Below, piece by piece: positions 47,413 to 55,894 of a stretch of 64,000 nucleotides of DNA. The notes under the pieces are model-generated. The model was not told the origin of the DNA. It did not search any database and saw nothing but the letters and a program-made list of their open reading frames with translations. Both the position numbers and the translations under genes were made by a program. The DNA comes from Bacteroidia bacterium. Lineage in GTDB: Bacteria > Bacteroidota > Bacteroidia > CAILMK01 > JBBDIG01. How positions within the stretch are numbered: position 1 is the stretch's first letter; every line of letters starts with the position of its first letter. The DNA lies in the NCBI GenBank assembly GCA_040880525.1, contig JBBDIG010000055.1:1402-65401 (forward strand), in the 5' to 3' direction.

Positions 47413-48285
47413 ATGAAAACGCTTTTATTTTTTCTACTATTCTTATTGGGTACTGCGAATGTATTTTCTCAGCAGCAGACGCAGGTGATTACCCGGCAAT
47501 ATGAACGCACCATTTCTGTAAAGGAAGGTGACAACCTTGAAATAAAAGGGGAGAAAGCCCGGATCACCGTTGAATCACATCCCCATAATGAAGTCGTTTT
47601 GCAGGTAAAGTTTACAGCGCGCCATACAGATAAAGTAACCGGGGAAACGGAACTTGATTATATGCGCTACACAGTTCAGGAGCGGAAGGGTACTATTTAC
47701 ATTGATAACTATTTTGCCATTCCAAAAAAGATAACCCAGGTAAATTCCAACCTACAGGCTGAGCTTTTAATAAAAGTTCCATCAGGTATGGCCATCAACC
47801 TATACAACTATTTTGGTAGCACTGCCATTACTAATTTATCGGGTGCTTTGGGCATTTCATCAGAATATGGCTTGCTGAATGTGGAAAACTGTAGCGGCCC
47901 CATATCTATTGACGTTACTTTCACTGAACTGAAAATAAAGCACTGCCGGAACATTGACATCCGTGGAAGCAACAGTGATGTCCGGGCTACCCTGCTTACA
48001 GGAAACATAGACTTTTCAGGTGAGAATTCTGATATTGACATTCAGTCTGCCGGTACAATAACCGGGAATATAGAGGTGCAAAACGGGGACGTAACACTTA
48101 GCGGCATTAAGCTCACCCAGCAATCAATTGAATTAACTTCCGCTCATGGAGAAATTGAAGTGCCTGCTCCTTTAAGCGTAATTGATGGCAATGAAAATTC
48201 CAGGGTGTATTTTCAGCCAAATCAATCGCTGCCGCTATTTAAAGTAAATTCATCTTTCGGAAAAATTCAAATTATTAAAGGTTAA
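47413..48285 (+). CDS. DUF4097-like beta-strand repeat protein
   Basis: Signal peptide, repeated beta-strand units ending SSFGKIQI. Confidence 0.75.
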   Translation: MKTLLFFLLFLLGTANVFSQQQTQVITRQYERTISVKEGDNLEIKGEKARITVESHPHNEVVLQVKFTARHTDKVTGETELDYMRYTVQERKGTIYIDNYFAIPKKITQVNSNLQAELLIKVPSGMAINLYNYFGSTAITNLSGALGISSEYGLLNVENCSGPISIDVTFTELKIKHCRNIDIRGSNSDVRATLLTGNIDFSGENSDIDIQSAGTITGNIEVQNGDVTLSGIKLTQQSIELTSAHGEIEVPAPLSVIDGNENSRVYFQPNQSLPLFKVNSSFGKIQIIKG

Positions 48286-48293
48286 ACAAACTC

Positions 48294-48905
48294 ATGAAAA
48301 ACAATTGCTTAATTATTCTTATTGCTTTTTTGCCGGCTCTTCTATTTGCACAGGAGGAAGCTGACACGGCCAATGCAGCAAAATCAAGCTTTTCAGAAAA
48401 GTACAACTACCTCATCCGCGCTAAGGAGGAAAAAACACAGTTGTGGAAACTGACACCGGTAGGCAGTTTTGCTTTTGGTGGAGGCAGTGGCAGGACTATG
48501 TTTGCGCTATCTTCTTACTTCGGCTATGAAAGGAAACTCTCACGCAGCTTTTCCATAAATGGAGAAGCAGGGTTTAATCAATACTATTCTTTTGGAGAAG
48601 GATCCAACGATAAAACCTTCTGGTTATCCGGAAGTTTGGGCCCCCGGTATTATTATAATATAAACCGCAGGATAAGGCTGGGGAAATCAGCAAATAATTT
48701 ATCAGCCAACTACTTTTCTGCAATGGCGAATTTTGGAGTGAATGGTCTGGCACCTGGTCCTTCTTTCTCTGCGCTTTACGGCCTTCAAAGAAGAATTGGG
48801 GATAATTTCTTTATTGATCTGGGAATCGGACCACAAATACGCATCAGGCAAAACTCCGTTGATCTGCTGCCAGACCTCAGACTAAGAATAGGCTGGGCCT
48901 GGTGA
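48294..48905 (+). CDS. Outer-membrane beta-barrel protein (DUF3575-like)
   Basis: Signal peptide, alternating beta strands, terminal LRIGWAW. Confidence 0.65.
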   Translation: MKNNCLIILIAFLPALLFAQEEADTANAAKSSFSEKYNYLIRAKEEKTQLWKLTPVGSFAFGGGSGRTMFALSSYFGYERKLSRSFSINGEAGFNQYYSFGEGSNDKTFWLSGSLGPRYYYNINRRIRLGKSANNLSANYFSAMANFGVNGLAPGPSFSALYGLQRRIGDNFFIDLGIGPQIRIRQNSVDLLPDLRLRIGWAW

Positions 48906-48945
48906 GCTGAAACGACTGATCAGCTAAGGCACATCACCGGTGGGA

Positions 48946-48973
48946 GCACGCGCTACGCTATCGCTGAACGCGC
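48946..48973. repeat. REP-like palindrome, copy 2
   Basis: Reverse complement GCGCGTTCAGCGATAGCGTAGCGCGTGC aligns with 4633-4661; differences in the shared core are transitions. Confidence 0.6.
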
Positions 48974-49012
48974 GCTAACAATTGTACATTACGTACCAAC
49001 AATTTGAAGAAG

Positions 49013-49438
49013 TTATTTATCCTTTGCCGTTTCTTCAATCATTTCTGTCAACACCTTCAGATCTACATCTGTAAGTTTATTTATATAGAGACAGCCAACT
49101 CCGGTTTTGTGCTTGCCTAAACCTTTTAAAGCATCAGCATGTCGCTGGATGTCAAGGCCAAGATGCAGGGATAAGTTTGCTTTACGAGGCGAAAATCCCA
49201 TATCAAACCAATCCACCTCCCTGCCTGTCTTCGGACTTTTGTACCGTTTTTTGCCAAAGCCAATGAGTGAAGCTCCCCACATTTTTGGCTCCTCTCCGCT
49301 GGCCTTTTTCATTAAGTTAAGGATGGTGAAACTGTCTTTGCGTTTTTGTTCATCCTTAATCGCATGGATAAAATCATCAACACTTGCAGAATTTTGCTTC
49401 GTTTTGATCTCAACCGGTTTTGATTTTTTCTCAGCCAT
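49013..49438 (-). CDS. DUF1801 domain protein
   Basis: EPKMWGASLIGFG...GFSPRKANLSL...KHKTGVGCLYINKL. Confidence 0.9.
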   Translation of the reverse strand: MAEKKSKPVEIKTKQNSASVDDFIHAIKDEQKRKDSFTILNLMKKASGEEPKMWGASLIGFGKKRYKSPKTGREVDWFDMGFSPRKANLSLHLGLDIQRHADALKGLGKHKTGVGCLYINKLTDVDLKVLTEMIEETAKDK

Positions 49439-49469
49439 GTTTTATTTATTTTGTTTTGCATTGATCAAT

Positions 49470-49570
49470 TATCGTGGTGTTATCTACTCTTTCCGCTGCA
49501 TTTCAAGGTTACTATTTTGCTGTCCAAGGAAGCTTGAAATTCCTGCTTGCGGGTAGCTGTCGTTAGCGGT
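49470..49570 (-). repeat. attC-like element
   Basis: Minus strand AACCGCTAAC (R''-like) followed by an ATTTCAAG...CTTGAAAT inverted repeat. Confidence 0.45.
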
Positions 49571-49593
49571 TCATTGATTTTCATTATCTTTTA

Positions 49594-49710
49594 TTACCTT
49601 GAAATTATTAAGCGCAATGCACAAGTAAAAGTTGGTTCAGAACGAAAATGTCCATATTTCTTGTCCCACTCGCCTGATCTCAGGTCATCTTCTAGTGCTT
49701 TAACGAATTT
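49594..49710 (-). pseudogene. C-terminal fragment of a class I SAM methyltransferase-like protein
   Basis: KFVKALEDDLRSGEWDKKYGHFRSEPTFTCALRLIISR*; in-frame stop immediately upstream. Confidence 0.6.
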
Positions 49711-49837
49711 CTAATTGTTTGAATCCGTTTTTTATGTTGATCGAGTTGTAACCCCTTATTCTTTCAATGTTCACAATGTGCTTAAAGTTCCAACTCACCA
49801 AAAAGTCCGCTCGGTTTAGGGTCACAGAAATGGGTAT
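49700..49837 (-). pseudogene. C-terminal fragment of a PIN-domain protein
   Basis: TLNRADFLVSWNFKHIVNIERIRGYNSINIKNGFKQLEIR*. Confidence 0.65.
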
Positions 49838-49862
49838 TGATTTTAATTGGCTAATAAATACT

Positions 49863-52800
49863 TCACTTCTTCTCAATCACAATTTTTAGTTGTGCCCTTT
49901 CATTATCAGCATTTATTAGTTCCAAAATATACAGGCCGGGGGAAATATTTTCCAGGTCAAAACTGAAAAGCACAGGAATATCTGAAGCTGTCTGAACTTC
50001 CCGTCCCTGTGCATCTCTCAGGGTGAGGCGCTGCAATTCATCATGCGGTGATTCTACCAGCAAGTGCGTTGTGGCGGGATTAGGATATACTTTCACCTGC
50101 TTCAGCCAGGGCGTTTCTTCAATTGAGGTAATGATAATTTTCACCTGTACGGTGTCTCCGTTTGTGCAGCCGTTGAGGCCGGTTGCCAATACTTGCACTG
50201 TGTACGTGTCGGTGACTGGCGGATAGGTGTGCAGCGGATTCCGGTCATTGCCGTAGGTGCCGTCACCAAAATCCCAATTTACCCATGTCAGCGAATCCGG
50301 TGAGTTGAGCGTAAACTGCACCTGGAATTGCGCGGATCCGGGTGCCTGAGTGATATGCACCTGCGGGCGTGGCTTCACTTCAATACGCATGGTATCCTGG
50401 TTCGCGCAGTTATTAGCATCCGCATAGCTGTAGATGAGGTGGTGAGTTCCATTGCCTGCAACATCTGACATAAAGACATTGCCCTGCACTCCCGGCCCTG
50501 ACCATTGTCCGCCTGAGGGCATTCCAATCAGGGGAATTTGTACGGGACGATCAGTGCAAAAGGAAGTATCAGCCGGCAGATTCACTGCTGGTGGAGGCAA
50601 CACGGTTACTTTCATCGTGTCACTGTTTGCGCAGTCCTGTATGCCGGAGTAATCATAGACCAGGTAATGCGTTCCCACGCCTGCTGATGCGGGATCGAAT
50701 GTGTTTCCGGTGACGCCCGGCCCTTTCCATGTTCCTCCTGCGGGTTGGCCCTGCAGCGTCTGCACACTTCTGTTGATGCACCAATTCTTATCCGGCCCTG
50801 CATTGACCGGTGTGAGCGAATCCACAGTCATGAGGACCGTATCACTTGATTGACAATTATCTGCTGATGTATAGGAATAGATTAACTCATGCCGGTCTAC
50901 CCCTGCTGCCAGCGGATCGAAGATATAGCTCAATCCCTGGGGTGAAACTCCATTACCCGTCCATTCGCCACCTGAGGGGTTTCCCCGGAGCAAGAATGAA
51001 GGATTTTTAATGCATAGCAATGAATCCATTCCTGCAATGACAGAAGGCAGCGGATTAACAGTAATTTCAACCGAATCTTCGGAAGTACATCCTTGGCTGT
51101 TGGTAAAAGTATAGGTTAGATAATCCCCATCGTTTGCCTGTGATATCACAAGTTTGTTATCAACTACACCGGGGCCACTCCACGTTCCGCTGGAAGGCGA
51201 GACGTAATTGGAGAGATAAAGCGTGTCGCCATCCTCGCAAACCTCAGGAAGCGGATGCATCGCCAGGGAAGGTAATTGCAGGCTGTTCACTAATACGCTA
51301 TCGGTATCTTCACATCCTTGCGCATCAACTACTTCTACTGTAAATAATTGATTGGTGCTGGCTACGCCCCTGTATATGCGGTCTGACACCGAACCCGGTT
51401 GCCAGGTGTAGCTGTAACTGCCATTTCCCGAAACCACTGTTGCCGTAAGCATAAACGAATCGCCCAGGCAAACATCAATGTCAGGACCTGCCGTCACTTC
51501 CAGGTTATCATAGAACGGAATCGTCACCGTGTCTCTGAAAGTCTGACTGCATTGGTTGCGGAAGGCTCTCACGGTATAAGGCTGGTCGCCTGCTGCCGGG
51601 AAGTTGAGGCTTTTGTTATGGATTTGAAAAGTATCGCCATCAATAGTCCATTCATAAGTGAGGGTAACATCTATCCCGGAAAGCGTCATATTTCCGCATC
51701 CTGTAGGAGTGGCCGTATAATTTGCCGCAGGTGCAGAGTCCACATCAATCCTGAAGGTCTTGACCAGATGATCCTGCATTGGACACCTTCTTCCAACAAT
51801 ATCCACGGAAAAGAAATGAGGTGAGGTGCCTATATCCGCAGCAGTTGGCGCCCATTTAAGATGAAACTGCTTTGAGGAATTGTTTCCTGTAATTTTAACG
51901 TTGGCGCCTGGAATGCCGTGGCCCCAGGTTATTGAGTTGGAATCCGTAGTATCAAATCCGGCAATGTCGAATTTCATTTCGAAAGTATCGCCAGGGCATG
52001 TGCGGTAGTGAGTGCTCAAAGAGGCCGGAGAAATAGTTATAGAATCCGTGAATTGGCAGGAGGTTATAATGGCTTGCCAGTCACGGGTTACTTCTCCGAT
52101 TTTATTTCCATGCCGGTATTCCTCCACTTTTACGGCCATCCACGCAACCTGCGACTGCATGGGCCGGAATCTCAGTTGGCCGGAATCAGAATCAATATGA
52201 AAACCGCGGCAGAGGGGCCGAATGAAAGGCAGATTGTTGTTGGGAAATCCATTGAAATAGAGGGGCTTATCATAGCTGTAAGGAGTTAAATAGGGTATAG
52301 AATTGCTTGAATCCCGCAGAACAGGAGTTAGCGAGTATACCAAAGAATCACCATCTGCATCCACGGCATTGATGGCATGATCTATACATTCTGACGTACA
52401 GGAAATAGTGAGTGCGTTGCTTTGCAGAATCGGAGAACTGTTGGATCCCGACTGGCAGATGTTGATTGTGAGTTCATTATAATAGGATGTGCTGGAAAGG
52501 CCCATGCTGCGGGTGGTGCCGTCATAGTAAACCCTGAAGTTACAGGAATTCTTGTTGCCCAAAAACACCGTGTCTACAAAGATCTGCTTCTGCACACCAT
52601 AGGGAAAGGAAGAGCTGCTGCTCTGGCAGCGGGACAGTTCGCTGGGGCAGAGGGAAGTAACATCAGTGTTGGAAACGATGGATAGGTACAATACCTCCTG
52701 GTAGTTCGAGTTCAACCCCTGGATTGTGGCAGGTACTGTGTCCGGCAGATTGATGGCATTGCAATCGCGGTAAATTGCTAACCTCACCTCGAAAGTGTCT

Positions 52801-52910
52801 CCGCCAATGTGCTGCATGGAGAATTCAGTGCCTACTACATGGCCACCCCGGCTTGGGTTTGCTGAAAAAATGAAAATTGTGAAAAATATAAATAAGTAAG
52901 AGTTTCTCAT
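49863..52910 (-). CDS. PKD/Ig-repeat T9SS type A substrate
   Basis: Signal peptide, YRDC N-terminal domain, repeated PxGGxWxGxGV units, PKD WDFGDGT, VYPNPA CTD. Confidence 0.88.
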   Translation of the reverse strand: MRNSYLFIFFTIFIFSANPSRGGHVVGTEFSMQHIGGDTFEVRLAIYRDCNAINLPDTVPATIQGLNSNYQEVLYLSIVSNTDVTSLCPSELSRCQSSSSSFPYGVQKQIFVDTVFLGNKNSCNFRVYYDGTTRSMGLSSTSYYNELTINICQSGSNSSPILQSNALTISCTSECIDHAINAVDADGDSLVYSLTPVLRDSSNSIPYLTPYSYDKPLYFNGFPNNNLPFIRPLCRGFHIDSDSGQLRFRPMQSQVAWMAVKVEEYRHGNKIGEVTRDWQAIITSCQFTDSITISPASLSTHYRTCPGDTFEMKFDIAGFDTTDSNSITWGHGIPGANVKITGNNSSKQFHLKWAPTAADIGTSPHFFSVDIVGRRCPMQDHLVKTFRIDVDSAPAANYTATPTGCGNMTLSGIDVTLTYEWTIDGDTFQIHNKSLNFPAAGDQPYTVRAFRNQCSQTFRDTVTIPFYDNLEVTAGPDIDVCLGDSFMLTATVVSGNGSYSYTWQPGSVSDRIYRGVASTNQLFTVEVVDAQGCEDTDSVLVNSLQLPSLAMHPLPEVCEDGDTLYLSNYVSPSSGTWSGPGVVDNKLVISQANDGDYLTYTFTNSQGCTSEDSVEITVNPLPSVIAGMDSLLCIKNPSFLLRGNPSGGEWTGNGVSPQGLSYIFDPLAAGVDRHELIYSYTSADNCQSSDTVLMTVDSLTPVNAGPDKNWCINRSVQTLQGQPAGGTWKGPGVTGNTFDPASAGVGTHYLVYDYSGIQDCANSDTMKVTVLPPPAVNLPADTSFCTDRPVQIPLIGMPSGGQWSGPGVQGNVFMSDVAGNGTHHLIYSYADANNCANQDTMRIEVKPRPQVHITQAPGSAQFQVQFTLNSPDSLTWVNWDFGDGTYGNDRNPLHTYPPVTDTYTVQVLATGLNGCTNGDTVQVKIIITSIEETPWLKQVKVYPNPATTHLLVESPHDELQRLTLRDAQGREVQTASDIPVLFSFDLENISPGLYILELINADNERAQLKIVIEKK

Positions 52911-53247
52911 GGGGCTTTAAATTCAGATTATCGTGAAATTATATGAAGCTAACCAAATATCAAGGGTGGTGGTTCCTTATTCTTTCATAATTTCCAGCAG
53001 CATTTTAAGTATTCAAGTTTGAAAGGTTATGTATTTTTATTCTTTTTTATTGCTCCAAAAATACCGTTATTAGGACTAATGCGCATGGTTGCAGTATTTT
53101 GTAGCATGAAACCTAAAGGGTAGCAAAAAATGACTTATGACGGCTTTCCAAATGCTCTACTGTTCTGTGAACAAACTTACTTAAAGGCCGAAAACTTTGA
53201 TTTACGGTTTTACCCACCATAATTATTAGAGGCAATTTCATCACGCT

Positions 53248-54003
53248 TTACCAATTATTACCCTTAAAGAAATCTTTTGAAGTTTTTATAAATAGATCTT
53301 TGTTTCCATCAAGATGGACCCAATGTCCGGTATTTGGCACAACCCATAGAAACGCATTTGGCATTTTTGCTTTAGTCCTGATAATACATTCCAATGGAGT
53401 AGCATGATCATTATCGCCCACTACCAGAAGAGTCAGGGTTTTAATGCTCTTTAAGTCAGCTTCATTTAATTGAACAGAGTAATTGGGAACCTGGTCGAGA
53501 ATGTTTTTTATTCTATCATCACTAATTTGTTGATCACGCATCCACGGCAGATTTTCCAAATTTGCATATGACAAATATTCAACGAATTGAGGGAAATCTT
53601 CAGCATTCCATGTTCCGCAAGAACCAACTATTATCATGGATTTAATCAAATCCGGTTTTATCAATGCTAATTGGAAAAGGATCTCACCTCCATAACTGTA
53701 ACCAATTGCATTAATATTATCTAAGCCTAAATATTCGATCAGGTCCATTAAATTCTGTGCTGCTGACCTTACAGATACCTCTTCAACAAAAGCACTCGAC
53801 CTCCCATGCCCCATCAAGTGCACCAAATAGATCTTATATTCGTTGCTATATTCATGGATAAACTGCTTCCACGACTGCAATGACTGAGTAAAGCCATGTA
53901 AAAGAAACAGAGCTTTACCGTGACCATAAACCTCATAATAGGTATGAATGCCGTTTAATTCTATGGTATCTGCTCTATTAAACTTTTGTGAATTACCATT
54001 CAT
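53248..54003 (-). CDS. Alpha/beta hydrolase
   Basis: LLHGFT, GYSYGG nucleophile elbow, VGDND, catalytic His in TGHW. Confidence 0.9.
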   Translation of the reverse strand: MNGNSQKFNRADTIELNGIHTYYEVYGHGKALFLLHGFTQSLQSWKQFIHEYSNEYKIYLVHLMGHGRSSAFVEEVSVRSAAQNLMDLIEYLGLDNINAIGYSYGGEILFQLALIKPDLIKSMIIVGSCGTWNAEDFPQFVEYLSYANLENLPWMRDQQISDDRIKNILDQVPNYSVQLNEADLKSIKTLTLLVVGDNDHATPLECIIRTKAKMPNAFLWVVPNTGHWVHLDGNKDLFIKTSKDFFKGNNW

Positions 54004-54056
54004 AGTTGGAATTATTAATCGTTAAAAAAAAGAACTCACTTATCCGCCTATTCAAT

Positions 54057-54133
54057 AATTTTTCTAATGTGTACAAGATTCCTGGTATTACCCTTATCCC
54101 CAATCAGGTACGAGTTGTTGAAACGTCCCGGTG
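54057..54133. repeat. Dispersed repeat of about 80 bp, copy A
   Basis: Aligns with 55602-55688 (shared ACAAGATTCCTGG-ATTACCC, TCCCCAATC, GAAACG-CCCG). Confidence 0.7.
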
Positions 54134-54185
54134 GGAGAACGTTCGTTAACGGGCATTCTTTGTTTTTTATGTATGCTCGTCTTAC

Positions 54186-54695
54186 TCACCATTCTCCGGC
54201 ATAAGTTAGACTCTCGCCAGTATGTTGACGTAAGTAGTCGAATTTTAATTTAAGTATCTGTCGAATATGTAGATAATCGTGAGCAAGCCAATTGGATAAA
54301 AACATTTTTGCAGTCATCTGTCCAAACTTGGGATGGCTATAGGCATTGTCCCATTTTGGAGATTGGAGTGATTGTAGCCATTCAACGGACTGTTCTCGTT
54401 CTTTCAAAAACCTTTTCAGTATATCTTTAAAGGACTGTTGTAAATATTCCCGTTCATTCACCCAGCCGGGCGGATCAATAGATGGTAATAATTCTGTCGG
54501 GGTTTCAAGAACGTGTTTTACTCTTGCCCGAAAGTCTTCACGTTCTTCGTCATAGAGGTGGCAAATGATTTCAAGCAGACACCATTTTTCAGGTTTGATT
54601 TTCCACAAATATTCTTCTATTGTCAATCCTGTTAGCAGTTCTTTAAATACGCCTCTATTCCCTGAGAGTTCTTTTATGATTGCAGTTTGCTCCAT
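54186..54695 (-). CDS. DinB family protein
   Basis: WCLLEIICHL, WLAHDYLHIRQI metal-binding His motifs. Confidence 0.9.
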   Translation of the reverse strand: MEQTAIIKELSGNRGVFKELLTGLTIEEYLWKIKPEKWCLLEIICHLYDEEREDFRARVKHVLETPTELLPSIDPPGWVNEREYLQQSFKDILKRFLKEREQSVEWLQSLQSPKWDNAYSHPKFGQMTAKMFLSNWLAHDYLHIRQILKLKFDYLRQHTGESLTYAGEW

Positions 54696-54831
54696 TTTGT
54701 CTGTTTTTCAATGACGCCAAACTTGTTTATAGATACTATTTTTCCTGTTTTTAACCTACCCTCAAATATCCATATTCTCTGCCGCATTCGGAACATCATG
54801 AAGTCTTTTTTGCCGGATACTAGTAACCGGC

Positions 54832-54907
54832 AACAAACTTACTTAAAAACTAAAAAGCGGAAATTACCACTTTAATCGCTATAGGTTATTTGTCTGTTAT
54901 GGGGCCG
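54832..54907 (-). repeat. attC-like element downstream of the SRPBCC gene
   Basis: Minus strand GGCCCCATAAC just after the stop, then TTTAAGTAAGTTTGTT; the 16-mer recurs at 53170-53185. Confidence 0.45.
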
Positions 54908-54912
54908 CTACT

Positions 54913-55359
54913 TTATTCTCTATTTACATACTTTTCAAGTTTGTCAAATGCTCCTTGCCAGGCATGGATAAAATATTGTCTTGCCTGTTCCCAGTCATCT
55001 GTGTTTCGCCATCCAGTATGAATTAAGGTCACTTTTGTCTCGTTACCTTGTGCAGTAAATATCACTGTCACATTTGTCAAGGGCCGAATGTCGTTCATGA
55101 AATGCTTATACTGCACCGGCCCTCTCCATTCAAAGTTCAAATAGTTTGGAGTATCAATTGCCAGTACTTTGCACCCGATTGTGCTATTATTTTCCCGGTC
55201 GTCCGGAACCCAAAACAATTCATATTTCCCACCCACTTCAGGTTCCACATCTGCCTTATTGGTTAACCACCTTTCCAAATGTTTATTCTCAGTAATCATT
55301 TCGAATGCTTTGTGAACTGAGCAGTTAAGAATCACTGTCCGAATTATTATCTTGTCCAT
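54913..55359 (-). CDS. SRPBCC (AHA1-like) domain protein
   Basis: LERWL...EPEVGGKY...TKVTLIHTGW...W..AFDKL. Confidence 0.9.
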   Translation of the reverse strand: MDKIIIRTVILNCSVHKAFEMITENKHLERWLTNKADVEPEVGGKYELFWVPDDRENNSTIGCKVLAIDTPNYLNFEWRGPVQYKHFMNDIRPLTNVTVIFTAQGNETKVTLIHTGWRNTDDWEQARQYFIHAWQGAFDKLEKYVNRE

Positions 55360-55398
55360 ATCGAGATTGCTGTTTTATGACTATTGGGCGTAGGTTTT

Positions 55399-55509
55399 TT
55401 ATTCTCTTAACTTATCTTTCTTCTTAATCTGTCTTCCGAACCAAAATCCCATTATTAAGACAGGAATCAGCCCGAAAAATGTTATCCAAAATAGTGGTTT
55501 TGGGTTCAT
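55399..55509 (-). CDS. Small 36-aa membrane peptide (missed by the ORF track)
   Basis: MNPKPLFWITFFGLIPVLIMGFWFGRQIKKKDKLRE*: one TM followed by a basic tail. Confidence 0.45.
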   Translation of the reverse strand: MNPKPLFWITFFGLIPVLIMGFWFGRQIKKKDKLRE

Positions 55510-55601
55510 TTAAATATGCTACAACTAGAATATATGTACGCTTTTTCCTGTTTTTCTCTCCGTCAAATATCCGCATTCCCTACCAAATTTGAACCCATGA
55601 A

Positions 55602-55688
55602 AATTTTTGCTGATGTGAACAAGATTCCTGGCATTACCCGGACCAGCATTTCCCCAATCTGGTTCGAACCTGTAGAAACGCCCCGCTG
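55602..55688. repeat. Dispersed repeat of about 80 bp, copy B
   Basis: Aligns with 54057-54133; ends in a REP-like GTAGAAACGCCCCG. Confidence 0.7.
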
Positions 55689-55894
55689 CAAGTTCTTTCC
55701 AGTGTTTAGAAGCAAGTTCAACCTCCAATGGAATAGCACCCGGATGGGTGGAAAGTAGTTTTAAAGCAGCTATGGGAAATACGCAAATGGAGAAGCCAGA
55801 AGCAGCTCAATAATATATTTTTGACCGGTGGTACACCGAGGCAAAACCCCACTTAATTTTGACATCCACAGAACTGTATCATCTTTTATGGACT

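Noticed and set aside
52915-53160. Additional gene remnant and R''-like box (AAATACATAAC)
   Set aside because: The translated pieces are too short and ambiguous to assign
55516-55758. ORFs 55516-55758 (+) and 55525-55728 (-) as genes
   Set aside because: They overlap the dispersed repeat, whose other copy has an indel and stops; no family recognised
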